Positions 34,868 to 45,028 of a stretch of DNA of 64,000 bases are shown piece after piece (position 1 is the first letter of the stretch; each line of letters starts with the position of its first letter). The notes beneath the pieces are model-generated. The model was not told where the DNA came from and did no database searches. It saw only the letters and a program-made list of their open reading frames with translations. A program made the position numbers and the translations under genes. The DNA is from Polyangiales bacterium (lineage in GTDB: Bacteria > Myxococcota_A > Polyangia > Polyangiales > Houyiibacteriaceae): NCBI GenBank assembly GCA_045106895.1, contig JBGCFM010000062.1:1-64000 (forward strand), given 5' to 3'.

Positions 34868-37116
34868 CGAGAGCGAATGAATGAGATCCGCTCAAGCCAC
34901 TCTTGGGCTTCGTGTTCGAGCGCCGGGTCCGATAGAGCCCGACGCCAAAGCTCCGCCGCACGTTCGAAGTTCTCGTTCCCGGCGTGGGCCAGCGCCAGGC
35001 CACGAGTGAGCTCACGGCTGAGAGCAAGGGTTGGCAGACCTCGAAGCGTGGCGAGTTCAAAGCGCTGCGCCGCGCGCCCGTAATCCCCCGCGGCCAAGAG
35101 CTGTCGCCCCACCAAGTAGTAGCCGAGGCCGTCGGTCCGCAGGTCGGCGACATCGCGTGCGAGGTCCACGATTTCAGCCGTCGTGGGAACGCGCGGCGCC
35201 TCGTCCACAAAGATGCGACGCACGCGCGCCTCCACGCCTCCACCCGCCATCAAGCCCAAGAGCTTCACTTCACGAAGGCGCCGCTCCCCTGCGCTCTGAG
35301 GCTCCGAGAGTAGCCGCCGGTAGATGCGCCGGGCGCGCCGGCGCTGACCCCGCGCCCAAGCGGCATCGGCGATGGACTCATACGCGCGGGCACGTACTTG
35401 AGGAGGCGCGCCGGAGAGCCCCTGAAGGAACACGTCCGCTTGTTCGTGCCGACCGAGGCGAGACGCGACACCGACGAGGGCCGCGCGTGCATCGAGGGCC
35501 GCAGGCTCGATGGCCAGTAGCTCTGCGCAGGTGCGTTCGGCGGCGGAATCGTCGCCGGCGCTCAAGTCGGCGCCCAGTTGGCCCCGAAGGCGCGCCATCT
35601 TGTGCGGGCAAACACGTTCAAAAATGCTGCCGCGTTGAAAGCGAAGCTCCGCGAGACCCATCGCGCCCGGCGGCAGCACGATCTCGTCGAGGAACTCGTG
35701 CCATGCCGCCTCGAGCTCGGAGAGATCCTCGACGACGTCGAAGCGACCGGCGCGGTGCGCCTCCCGAAGCGCGTCTGTGCCATGGCGCGCCGCGAAGAAG
35801 CGGGTAAGGGACCCCGCCGCTGCGTAGGAGCGACGCGAGTCAAAGCCGAGGAAACCCACGTCCTGAAGTTCGCTCGCGCGCGGAAGGATCTCCATCTCGC
35901 GCATGGCCTTCGACCAGCCGTGGGGGTCGAGGCCGTCGCTCTCGGGCCAATCCAGTGCCACGGCGATTCCTTCGATGAGCATCGCGTTTGGAAAGTAGCC
36001 ACCGAAGGTACCGCTAACGCGAAAGGGACCGCGGGCCGCCTGGGCGGCGACGGCGTGGACAACCTCGTGACCCAGAACTGGGTGCGGCCACCCGGCCATC
36101 TGCAGGTGAACTTCGCTTCGCCACGGCTTTGCGATGAAGGTGCGGCCAGCGCCCATGAAGCGCATTTTTTCCGCGGCGTCACGGTAGAAGAAAGCGTGGA
36201 CAGGCGAGGGTTGAGTCACTCCGAGCAGGCGCTCCGCACGAGCCACGCGAAAGTCGCAGTCCGCCAAGAGACGACGCGACGCCTCACGCTCAAGCTCGCG
36301 GGGGTGATGCACTACACAGCGCCGACTTCGACGCGTGACCCCGAGGTGTTCCGCGATGTCGTCAACGGTGGCGCGGTGACCGAGCGTCGCGCCGGCGCGG
36401 TGCCCCCACACGCTGAGGGCCAAGAGCGTGACGGAAACGATGAGGGCCGCCTGCTTGAGACGGCCTCGGCTAAGCCGCAGCCATACAAACGCGAGAAGCG
36501 TAAAGATCCAGAGAAGCGTCAGGGCGCGAAACGTCAGTAGCTCCAGGGGAAAGCTGCGTCCCACGTCGTAGAGCGTGCCGGGGAACCAGCCCAAGAGATG
36601 GCTGAACACAAAGATCGCGGGGGAAGACCAAAACTCGTGGAGCCCAAAGAAGAGCGCGACGAGAGGCGCGAGGCCGGCGAACAAGAGCGCGCGTTTTCGC
36701 ACGAAGACGCCGATGGCGGCGCCGAGGACGGCCCCCAAAACAATGCTTGGAAGTGGCCCCGCCACCATGAAGAGGAAGCCCATGCCCGGCTCGCATTGGC
36801 GCACACGCAGCGCGTTGAGCGCGAGCAGCAGCACCGGGATCAGCCATGTCGCGAGCGCCAGAACAAGGGCGGCGCGAAAGGCCGCGAGAGGTTGCTTGCG
36901 ACGTGAACGCGCGAGCGCCGCAGCGCATGGCGTCACAAAGAACGGAAACGCCGCGCCAATGGCAAAAGCGGCTTCAATTCCGTGCACCCCAAAGAGCGGA
37001 AACGCCACACAGGCGAGCGAGCCGATGAGCGCGAGGCTGAGGCCCACGCGCGTCGCCCGCTCCTTGAGCAAGACGCGAATGAACGCGCGGGCTCCACCAA
37101 CGATCGTCGCACTCAC
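34864..37116 (-). CDS. Membrane protein with gluzincin-type (MA clan) peptidase domain and TPR-like C-terminus
   Basis: About 6 N-terminal TM; LGHEVVH...LIEGIA; SYAAAGS; Ala/Leu/Arg-rich helical repeats; GTGA overlap with lon. Confidence 0.8.
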   Translation of the reverse strand: MSATIVGGARAFIRVLLKERATRVGLSLALIGSLACVAFPLFGVHGIEAAFAIGAAFPFFVTPCAAALARSRRKQPLAAFRAALVLALATWLIPVLLLALNALRVRQCEPGMGFLFMVAGPLPSIVLGAVLGAAIGVFVRKRALLFAGLAPLVALFFGLHEFWSSPAIFVFSHLLGWFPGTLYDVGRSFPLELLTFRALTLLWIFTLLAFVWLRLSRGRLKQAALIVSVTLLALSVWGHRAGATLGHRATVDDIAEHLGVTRRSRRCVVHHPRELEREASRRLLADCDFRVARAERLLGVTQPSPVHAFFYRDAAEKMRFMGAGRTFIAKPWRSEVHLQMAGWPHPVLGHEVVHAVAAQAARGPFRVSGTFGGYFPNAMLIEGIAVALDWPESDGLDPHGWSKAMREMEILPRASELQDVGFLGFDSRRSYAAAGSLTRFFAARHGTDALREAHRAGRFDVVEDLSELEAAWHEFLDEIVLPPGAMGLAELRFQRGSIFERVCPHKMARLRGQLGADLSAGDDSAAERTCAELLAIEPAALDARAALVGVASRLGRHEQADVFLQGLSGAPPQVRARAYESIADAAWARGQRRRARRIYRRLLSEPQSAGERRLREVKLLGLMAGGGVEARVRRIFVDEAPRVPTTAEIVDLARDVADLRTDGLGYYLVGRQLLAAGDYGRAAQRFELATLRGLPTLALSRELTRGLALAHAGNENFERAAELWRRALSDPALEHEAQEWLERISFIRSR

Positions 37117-39491
37117 GGTGCCGGGCTTGGAGCGTCCTTCGGCACATCCGGCATGTCCAAGAGGAGCGGCAGCGCGTCCGCGATCTTCCCGACGAAGCGA
37201 ATGTCGAGGTCCTTGCGCACTTCGTCAGGCACCTCGTCGAGGTCCGGCTTGTTTTGCGCAGGCAATACGACGCGCTTGATTCCGTGGCGGTGAGCGGCGA
37301 GGCACTTTTCTTTAACGCCGCTGATGCGAAGGACATTCCCGCGAAGGGTGATTTCTCCGGTCGTCGCAGCGTCGGGTCGCACACGGTGACGTGTGAGCAT
37401 GGAAGCGATGGCGGCGACGATGGGGAGCCCCGCGGATGCGCCGTCCTTGGGCACCGAACCTTCGGGCAGGTGAACGTGGATGTCGATCTTCTGGAGGAAG
37501 TCGTCGGGCAGACCGAAGCTCGCCGAGCGCGCACGAACATACGTGAACGCCGCTGCGACGGACTCCTGCATCACATCGCCGAGCTGGCCCGTGACACGAA
37601 CCTGACCTGACCCCGGCATGCGGCGCGCTTCCACATGGAGCAACTTTCCGCCGGCGGGCGTCCACGCGAGACCCGTCGAGAGGCCCGCGGCGGGGTTTTT
37701 GTCGCGTTCTTCGACGTGATAGCGCGGCGCGCCGAGGACCGATTCCACAAACGCGGGATCCGCGATCTGCGAGACGTCTTCCCCCTGCGCAAAACGCACA
37801 GCGACGGCGCGACATACGGCGGCCACCTGTTGTTCAAGGCGACGCACTCCGGCCTCGTTGGTGTAGCCATCGACGAGGGCGTCGACGCCTTCGGACGCAA
37901 AGTCGAGGCGCTCGGGCGTGAGTCCGTGGTCTTCGAGCTGGCGCGGGATAAGGAAGGAGCGCGCGATGGCCTTCTTCTCTCTTCGCGTGTAGCCGGGCAA
38001 ATCGATGACCTCCATGCGATCAAGGAGAGGGCCGGGAATCGTGTCCTTGCGGTTCGCCGTCGCGATAAAGAGGACGTTGCTCAAGTCGAAAGGCAGGTCG
38101 AGATAGTGATCAGCGAAGGTCGAGTTTTGCTCCGGGTCGAGAACTTCCAAGAGAGCGCTGGCTGGGTCGCCGCGACTTCCGCGTCCTAACTTATCGACTT
38201 CATCGAGGAGCATGACGGGGTTACGGCTACCGGCTTTCTTGAGACCCGTGATGATACGACCCGGGAAAGCGCCGACATAAGTCCGGCGATGACCGCGGAT
38301 CTCGGACTCGTCGCTGACGCCACCGAGGGCGACGCGCACGAACTGCCGCCCCGTCGCGCGCGCGATGGAGCGAGCGAGGGAGGTTTTGCCGACGCCGGGC
38401 GGTCCTGCGAAGCAGATGATCGGGCCTCGCTGATCGTGACGAAGACGGCGAACGGCGATGTACTCAAGGATACGTTTCTTGGGCTTCGACAGGCCATGGT
38501 GATCCTCGTCGAGGACACGACGCGCCTCGGAGACGTCCAGGCGGTCCGGCGTGGTCTTCTTCCACGGGAGGTCCGTCAGCCATTCCACGTACGTGCGCGC
38601 GACGTTGAACTCGCCGCTCGCAGAGTTCATCGTGTGCATGCGCTTGAGCTCTTTGCGCGCCGCTCTCTCTGCTTCGATGGGAAGATCGCGGCTGGCGACG
38701 CGCTCCCGCAGCATCTCGACATCGTCCTCATCGTCGGGCTCGCCGAGCTCTTCTTTGATGGCGCGCAGCTGCTGGCGAAGAAGGTACTCGCGCTGCGAAC
38801 GCGACATCTCCTCCTGCACCATCGTGGAGATCTCTTTCTTGACGCGATAGACATCGCTCTGCCGGCCCACGAGCTCGAGGACTTTTCGAAGTCGGTCGCG
38901 CACATCGAGTGTCTCGAGGACCGACTGCTTGGCGTCGTTTCCAACGGGAAGGTTTGACGCGACGAGGTCCGCCAGGGCTCCTGGCTCTCGCACGTTGTCC
39001 AAGATGGTGCTGGCGTCGCGGGGCTGGTTCGGAAGAAGCGTCGTCAACGAGCGCGCCGCTTCGCGAAGGTGTGCGGCGAGCGCCTCTACCTCTTCGCCCA
39101 CTGCGGGACGTTCATGAATACGTTCGATCTTGGCGCTCAGACACGGCGAGCGACCTTCGAGGTCGAGCAGGCGCATGCGCGAGGCCCCCTGCAGCACTAC
39201 CGAGTAGTTGCCGGAGCTCAGCCGAATCACTTTCAATATGCGCGCGACGGTGCCGAGGTGATGAATCTCGCTGAAGTCAGGATCTTCGATCTCCGGCTTT
39301 CGTTGAGCGACGACGCCAATGAGCGGTCGCTCGACTCCTTCACCGACGACTTGCTCGATGAGCTTCACCGAACGCGCTCGTCCCACGTTGACGGGAACGA
39401 CCGATGCCGGGAAAAGCACGGAATTTCGGAGGGGTAGGATGGGAAGGACCGGGGAAGGATCCGTCGGAAAAAGTGAATCAGTGGGGGCCAC
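37113..39491 (-). CDS. lon: ATP-dependent protease La
   Basis: LPLRNSVLFP N-domain, GPPGVGKTS, LLDEVDK, IHVH, PKDGASAG (Ser), GVKEK (Lys); start trimmed to GTG 39491. Confidence 0.97.
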   Translation of the reverse strand: MAPTDSLFPTDPSPVLPILPLRNSVLFPASVVPVNVGRARSVKLIEQVVGEGVERPLIGVVAQRKPEIEDPDFSEIHHLGTVARILKVIRLSSGNYSVVLQGASRMRLLDLEGRSPCLSAKIERIHERPAVGEEVEALAAHLREAARSLTTLLPNQPRDASTILDNVREPGALADLVASNLPVGNDAKQSVLETLDVRDRLRKVLELVGRQSDVYRVKKEISTMVQEEMSRSQREYLLRQQLRAIKEELGEPDDEDDVEMLRERVASRDLPIEAERAARKELKRMHTMNSASGEFNVARTYVEWLTDLPWKKTTPDRLDVSEARRVLDEDHHGLSKPKKRILEYIAVRRLRHDQRGPIICFAGPPGVGKTSLARSIARATGRQFVRVALGGVSDESEIRGHRRTYVGAFPGRIITGLKKAGSRNPVMLLDEVDKLGRGSRGDPASALLEVLDPEQNSTFADHYLDLPFDLSNVLFIATANRKDTIPGPLLDRMEVIDLPGYTRREKKAIARSFLIPRQLEDHGLTPERLDFASEGVDALVDGYTNEAGVRRLEQQVAAVCRAVAVRFAQGEDVSQIADPAFVESVLGAPRYHVEERDKNPAAGLSTGLAWTPAGGKLLHVEARRMPGSGQVRVTGQLGDVMQESVAAAFTYVRARSASFGLPDDFLQKIDIHVHLPEGSVPKDGASAGLPIVAAIASMLTRHRVRPDAATTGEITLRGNVLRISGVKEKCLAAHRHGIKRVVLPAQNKPDLDEVPDEVRKDLDIRFVGKIADALPLLLDMPDVPKDAPSPAP

Positions 39492-39746
39492 GCGCGCACA
39501 ATACCCGCTCTGGCGGCCACGATCGATGAAGAGCTGCTTCAGAGACGATTCCTCCCGCCGTAATGGTTGGCCTGGCGAATCGCGGAAGCCTCTGATAGAG
39601 ACAGGCCGGCTGTGATGAGCTGGAGGCTCACTCAAAACTTGAGCAGTAGGTCCTTGTCGTGTAATGTCGCACATGTAGGACACGCTGCCCAAGCCTGGGC
39701 ACTCTGGAACAAGCACCCACTTCAACGCGAAGCGAAACGAATCCCC

Positions 39747-39944
39747 ATGAAGTCGACCACAATGCTCGCCCTCTCCCTCTCCTTCCTTTTGACCGGCTGC
39801 AACGCCGCGATGTGGGGGAATATGGCGGTCCTCGTGGTCACCTTCGGCATCTTTTTCGGAACGCTTGGCCTCGGCCGAGTCTCCTCCGACGCTTCCCGCT
39901 CCCGCGCTGATGCCTCCACGTCGGTTTCGCCGACCCAGCGCTGA
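39747..39944 (+). CDS. Small (65 aa) lipoprotein-like membrane protein
   Basis: MKSTTMLALSLSFLLTG-C lipobox followed by a second hydrophobic helix; 10 bp before the next ATG. Confidence 0.6.
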   Translation: MKSTTMLALSLSFLLTGCNAAMWGNMAVLVVTFGIFFGTLGLGRVSSDASRSRADASTSVSPTQR

Positions 39945-39954
39945 GCGCGCGTAG

Positions 39955-41112
39955 ATGGAGAGCCTCGAAGGTAGCGAAGAGAAGACCGATGGCTCGGACG
40001 AGTTCGCCAAACTCTCCCGCCTAACCCTCGCAGAGCTTGAAGGCATTCGCCTGGTTCTCCGAGGCGGCTCAGTCATCGACTGGCACCGCCTGAACTTCCG
40101 AACGCGTACGGAGATCGACAACCTTCTTCGAGCGCACGAGCTCGACATGAATGAACCCGCGGACCGCGCGCGGACCGAAGCCGTCAAGAACGCCGCAGTT
40201 TCCTACCTGCGGCGCAAGTTCGACTTTCCGGTACCAAAGCGCGTCGCCGCTCTCGACATCGAGCACATGCTGCAGCTCGCGTCGAGCAAGGGCCATCGAC
40301 AGCTTTGTGCCTGCGCGATCTTGAAGGTGATGCACATCATCCACCACCTCGAGGCGCGAGAGCTGCTCTTCATGCTCCCCACCTCGGACGAAGAGCTCTT
40401 TCATCTCGTCGAGCAAAAGGTCTACCGCGTCGTCGGCGGAGCGCTCGCTCGTGGGTTCCCCATCGTGGAGTTCATCGGCGGACGAAAGAACCGAGACTCC
40501 CTCTACACGAAGCTGCTCTCTAAACAGGAAGTCAGCGCGGCTCAGATCTACGACAAGCTTCGCTTCCGCATCGTCACAAAGACAGTGGACGACGTGATCC
40601 CCATACTGAACCACCTCACGCGTGAGGTCTTTCCGTTCAACTACGCGATCCCGCGGGAGTCGACGAACTCCCTCGTGCACTTCAAGAGCTACCTAGAGTC
40701 CCGCGACGATCTGCGAGCCCATCAAAAGTCGCTTCAGTTTAGCCCGAACCTCGAAGACGGCGGAAACGAGCTCGTCGACAATGAGTTTAGTTCCCGTGCG
40801 TATCGCGTCGTCCATTTCGTCGTCGACATGCCGATTCGCCTGCCAGACAAGCTCCTCGCGGAGGCGCCCCCGGGTGCTTGGCCACTCGGTCGCATCGTCT
40901 TCGTGCAGACCGAGTTTCAAATCTTGGACCACGCGACGGACCGCTCCAACGAACACGGCGACGCCAGCCACGCCGCGTACAAAGAACGCCAGCAAGAAGC
41001 CGTTGTTCGGCGCTTGAAGGTGGGCATGGTCGGAACTCGCGACGATCCGGGACCTGGCCACCGTTTGTCCGTGGCGCCGCCGGCACCCCCGGCGACCTGG
41101 GAAGAAGAGTAG
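39955..41112 (+). CDS. TIGR04552-like protein (RelA/SpoT synthetase-like nucleotidyltransferase fold)
   Basis: LRGGSVIDWHRLNF N-terminus; GRKNRDSLYTKLL, IYDKLRFRIV, YRVVHFVVD, EFQI, GDASHAAYKERQ. Confidence 0.85.
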   Translation: MESLEGSEEKTDGSDEFAKLSRLTLAELEGIRLVLRGGSVIDWHRLNFRTRTEIDNLLRAHELDMNEPADRARTEAVKNAAVSYLRRKFDFPVPKRVAALDIEHMLQLASSKGHRQLCACAILKVMHIIHHLEARELLFMLPTSDEELFHLVEQKVYRVVGGALARGFPIVEFIGGRKNRDSLYTKLLSKQEVSAAQIYDKLRFRIVTKTVDDVIPILNHLTREVFPFNYAIPRESTNSLVHFKSYLESRDDLRAHQKSLQFSPNLEDGGNELVDNEFSSRAYRVVHFVVDMPIRLPDKLLAEAPPGAWPLGRIVFVQTEFQILDHATDRSNEHGDASHAAYKERQQEAVVRRLKVGMVGTRDDPGPGHRLSVAPPAPPATWEEE

Positions 41113-41115
41113 ATC

Positions 41116-41850
41116 GTGGGCGTCACGACTCGACAGCTGGGTTGCTTTCCCTGCGTCGGCTGCGGCGCAAACCTGCTGATTCACGACCAAGAGCGAAAGC
41201 TCAAGTGCAAGTTCTGCAAGACACACAACAAGGCCCCCAAGCGTCTCGTCGACGATCTCGAGCACGGCCGAAAGCTACCCTTTGATGCGATTCGCGAGAT
41301 GCACCAAGGGCTCGACCGCGTCATCGAGCGTCGTTACCAGGGCTTCGAGCTGCACACGCGCTGGGTCATCCTTGCAGGCGTTGTCGGCGCCGTTTTCTTC
41401 GCTTGGGTTCGTGCGAGCACCAACGCAGACCCGGGCGTAGTCGACTACGGCATTGGCGCGCTCATCGGGTTCTTTGCGATGGCCTTGCCTCTCGGCTGGA
41501 GCGCGAGCTGGCTTAGCACCACAGGGCTCGGCCGTACCGCGAGCCGCGTTGACTACGCGCTGAAGAGCCTCGACAAATCCTGCCCTCGCTGCGAGCAACC
41601 GATCATGGGGGACAACCCCGGGGCCTTCGACTGCGTCATGTGCAAAGCGTCTCTCATCTACACGGCCCATCTCGTCGTGGAAGACAGCGGTCCACATATT
41701 CCGCTCTTTGAAGCAGCCGGGGATGCCGCACTCGCGGACAAGTCATGGCTGGATCAACGTCGTGGCACGACCTTCCAGTACCTTGGACTCGTCGCGATCT
41801 TAGTGCTCGTCGCCACGAGCATCTACTTCTTGATGACGCTCGCAAAGTGA
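41116..41850 (+). CDS. Membrane protein with two zinc-ribbon motifs
   Basis: CVGC/CKFC, 2 TM, CPRC/CVMC, C-terminal TM. Confidence 0.75.
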   Translation: MGVTTRQLGCFPCVGCGANLLIHDQERKLKCKFCKTHNKAPKRLVDDLEHGRKLPFDAIREMHQGLDRVIERRYQGFELHTRWVILAGVVGAVFFAWVRASTNADPGVVDYGIGALIGFFAMALPLGWSASWLSTTGLGRTASRVDYALKSLDKSCPRCEQPIMGDNPGAFDCVMCKASLIYTAHLVVEDSGPHIPLFEAAGDAALADKSWLDQRRGTTFQYLGLVAILVLVATSIYFLMTLAK

Positions 41851-42251
41851 CGGGAACCAAGATCGACTCCGGTGCGGAAGAGCCTCCTCAGGGAGCGAAG
41901 CCACGTGTGCTCATCGTAGATGATGACGCCGACATCCTGAAGATGCTGCGGCGCTACCTTGGAGCAAAAGGGCTGGATGTTATCACGACGGATGCGCCTT
42001 TCGGCGTCCTTGAACTGATTCGTGAGCATGAACCACACGTCGTCGTCCTCGACCTCATGATTCCTGGACTCGACGGCGGAGCGATTTTCGGTTTCATCCG
42101 TGCCCAAGCATCCGTCGCCATCGTTTTCTATTCCGCATCTTCCGAGGCGACTCTCAGCGAACTTCGAGACGCCCACCCCCATGCACTTGTGGTGGCCAAA
42201 GCGAGCCCACTCAACGAGCTCGAGAGCGCTATTCGAAGCTTTCTTCCCTGA
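41847..42251 (+). CDS. Single-domain response regulator
   Basis: LIVDDD, VVLDLMIPGLDG, YSA, VAK; GTGA overlap with the upstream stop. Confidence 0.85.
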   Translation: MTGTKIDSGAEEPPQGAKPRVLIVDDDADILKMLRRYLGAKGLDVITTDAPFGVLELIREHEPHVVVLDLMIPGLDGGAIFGFIRAQASVAIVFYSASSEATLSELRDAHPHALVVAKASPLNELESAIRSFLP

Positions 42252-42256
42252 CTTTG

Positions 42257-45028
42257 TCAGCGTTTGCGTCGCGACTTGAGAAGCTGCTCCGCGAGGGTGG
42301 CCGGACTCTCCGTTCCTTCCTCGGCAGCTCCTTCGTCCTGCGGCGCTGGCTTTGCGGTCTCCGGCGCGGGCGAGGCGCGAATGCCCGCGACGTCTTTCGT
42401 TTGAGCAGGCGCAGGCGCAGGCTTCGTGATCGGCTTCGGCGTCAGCGCCGGGGACGGCTTCGTCCTGCTCCCCCGAGGAGCGAGGCGCAATCGCCGCATC
42501 GCTACGGACAAGACAAGCAACACGAGGCTGAGCATAAGAAGGAAAGGCACAAGCGTTTGCAACGCCGTCACAGGCGGACTGCGTCTGTGAAATACGCCGT
42601 CGAGGCTCTCGAGCATCTCGCCGCCACTCAGCGCTGCAATCTGCCGAAGGAGCGCGTAGTCGGTCCCTTCGCCGCGCTGCTCCTGGCCCCCGCTCCGAAC
42701 GACACCTGCGCTCCCAAGGAACCCGCCGTTTTCGATGTCCGCCACGCTCACGAGGTAGGGCCCCGGTTGCGAAGCATCGAAGGTCGCCTCGTAGCGACCG
42801 GGCCCCGATTGGTGAAACGTGACGCTCCGTCCTTCGCCGCTCGGGTCCGCCAATGTGCCGTCGAGGGCGAGACCATCGATGGGGGCGCCTTCGGCGTCAA
42901 TGGCGTCCACAAACACGTGTCCGTCGCCCCCGCGCAAATGAATGCCTACCTCCACGTCGAAGCTCTGAGGGCCTCGCTCCAGGAAGCGCGTGGTCTGGTC
43001 GAGCAACGTGGCGTAGCCCTCCCAACTCGCCCAAGGTCCGTTGAACTCCCCAGCGAGGTCGACGGTGAGGACGGCGGACTTTCCGAGGCCGTACTGCCAC
43101 GTCGACAGCAGCGGTTCATCGTCGCCAGCCCAGAGCGCGTGCGTCGCGCTTGAGCGTGGCGCGACGACAGCATGACCCAGGAGTGGAGGCGCGTCAGCGA
43201 AACGAAGGCCTCGAGTGACCACGCTCGGCGCGCCCACTCGCACGTTGAACGCGTCGGTGGAAAGCGCTGCTCGGCTCGCCTCCATCGTCTCCTGGGTGAA
43301 GATCCGAGGAAGCTCACGCATGTCTTCGACAATATAGAAGCGCCCTCCCCCAAGACGCGAAAGCACCTCGAGTTCTGCGGTGTGCGCCCCGCGACCCATC
43401 GAGACAACCGAGGTTGTGATGCCGCTCGCCGCGGCACCTCGAACCTGTGCCCGCGTCCCACCGAGTTGTGCCGAGTCACTCCCATCGCTGAAGAGCAAGA
43501 GATGTTTCAGCTGCGTAGGCTCTCTCGTGAGCGTCGCGTAACTCGACTCCAAGGTGATGTCGACGTAGATGCCGCCACCACCAGCTTGAGCTCGCCGAAC
43601 CCGCGAGGCGATGGCGCCGGGGTCTTCGACGGCGGTCATCGGCACGGTCCAACTCACCGAGGTATCGACGTGCATGACGCCGACGCGATCCGACACGGAT
43701 AGCATGCTCGCGCTCCGCGCCGCCGCTTCGTTGGCGAGGTCGAGCTTCGTTCCGGTGCCCGCAGACGCTCCCATCGAGCCACTTCGATCGATGGCGATGA
43801 TCATGGACAGCGAGAGCCGGTCGCGACGTTGGCGCAGATCGAAGCGCGCCGGCAAGGCCTCCTCCACGGGTGTGTCCACGTAGCCGCCAAGCCCGAACGA
43901 CTGTCGCGCGCCGGCCATCAGAAGGCCGCCGCCGAGGCTACGCACGTAGGCGCGCACCCCACGCATCTGCGCTTCGCTCAACGAGCGTGCGGGCACGTCG
44001 TGAAGCACCACGAGGTCGTAGGAGGCGAGCCCCGCGGCGTCCGCAGGGAGCGCGCTCACGTCCCCGGCGTCGACGCTAGCGCCGCGGGCACGAAGCACCT
44101 GAGTGAGCACCTCGTTCGCGGCGGGAGCCGACGAAACAAGGAGCGCCCGGGAGCCGCCAGCAACACGCATAAAGGCGCCGCCGCGGTTGTTCGCGGCGCT
44201 CTCGTCGTCACCTTGTCGCTGCGGCGTGAGGACGGCGTCGTAGCGATGAACCCCCGCTTCCGGTGCGACGTCACGGAACACGAGAACATCACGCCCGGCG
44301 GCGAGCTCCGTCACCGTCTCCGCAAGCGGCTCTCCGTCGCGAAGCAGCTGGAGCCGAACGGGGCTCGTCTGGCGTGCGTTCGTCACGATGCGAACCTCCA
44401 CCGGTTCTCCGGGCCGAGCGGATTCGGCGACGCGAACACGTTCCACAGAGAGCTCCGGACGCGCCTCCCGCTCGATCGCAAGGACGTCGATGCTCATCCC
44501 GCGCGCCGCCGCTAGCGCCGCTGCTGCGCGCGCATCACCTTGCGTCTCGAGGCCGTCGCTGATCAAGACGATGCGTCCGGCGTATCCAGACGGAACCGCG
44601 GAGACTGCGTGCCGGATGCCATCGGCGATATCCGTCTCGTCCCGCGCAAGAACGGCGCTTCGGTTCTGAAGTGGAGGCGCGGGTCCGACGTACGCTTCCG
44701 TCGCTGCGGAGTCCGCGAACACGACGAGGCCGGCGACATCGCCTTCGCTGCGATCTTCGAAGGAAGCAAGGATGGCCTCGTCCGCTTCGGATTCACCAGA
44801 GCTCGCCGAGCGCGAACGATCGAGGACGTACACCACCGCCATCTGATCGGCCTGCGTTCGCCACTCGAGCCCCGCAGCCGCCGCAGTAGCGGCGAGGAGG
44901 ACGAGCGTGAGCGTGGCAAACGTGAGCTTCCCGCGGCGCTGTCTCGGGCCGCGCTGATGGCGCCAAAGCGCAAACCCTGAGACGACCAGCGCAATGGCCC
45001 CAAGCCATGGGTTCTGCAAGTAAATCAT
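42257..45028 (-). CDS. Membrane-anchored double-VWA protein with Ig-like and GATase1-like domains
   Basis: MIDAS DRSRS and DRSGS, SDG motifs, YDLVVL...GGGLLMAG...GGY...EEALP; N- and C-terminal TM; ATG 45028 overlaps the upstream stop. Confidence 0.88.
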   Translation of the reverse strand: MIYLQNPWLGAIALVVSGFALWRHQRGPRQRRGKLTFATLTLVLLAATAAAAGLEWRTQADQMAVVYVLDRSRSASSGESEADEAILASFEDRSEGDVAGLVVFADSAATEAYVGPAPPLQNRSAVLARDETDIADGIRHAVSAVPSGYAGRIVLISDGLETQGDARAAAALAAARGMSIDVLAIEREARPELSVERVRVAESARPGEPVEVRIVTNARQTSPVRLQLLRDGEPLAETVTELAAGRDVLVFRDVAPEAGVHRYDAVLTPQRQGDDESAANNRGGAFMRVAGGSRALLVSSAPAANEVLTQVLRARGASVDAGDVSALPADAAGLASYDLVVLHDVPARSLSEAQMRGVRAYVRSLGGGLLMAGARQSFGLGGYVDTPVEEALPARFDLRQRRDRLSLSMIIAIDRSGSMGASAGTGTKLDLANEAAARSASMLSVSDRVGVMHVDTSVSWTVPMTAVEDPGAIASRVRRAQAGGGGIYVDITLESSYATLTREPTQLKHLLLFSDGSDSAQLGGTRAQVRGAAASGITTSVVSMGRGAHTAELEVLSRLGGGRFYIVEDMRELPRIFTQETMEASRAALSTDAFNVRVGAPSVVTRGLRFADAPPLLGHAVVAPRSSATHALWAGDDEPLLSTWQYGLGKSAVLTVDLAGEFNGPWASWEGYATLLDQTTRFLERGPQSFDVEVGIHLRGGDGHVFVDAIDAEGAPIDGLALDGTLADPSGEGRSVTFHQSGPGRYEATFDASQPGPYLVSVADIENGGFLGSAGVVRSGGQEQRGEGTDYALLRQIAALSGGEMLESLDGVFHRRSPPVTALQTLVPFLLMLSLVLLVLSVAMRRLRLAPRGSRTKPSPALTPKPITKPAPAPAQTKDVAGIRASPAPETAKPAPQDEGAAEEGTESPATLAEQLLKSRRKR

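Noticed and set aside
39492..40187. 232-aa N-terminal extension making Lon 1024 aa
   Set aside because: Antisense to the small ORF and the TIGR04552-like gene; Lon similarity begins only near 39491
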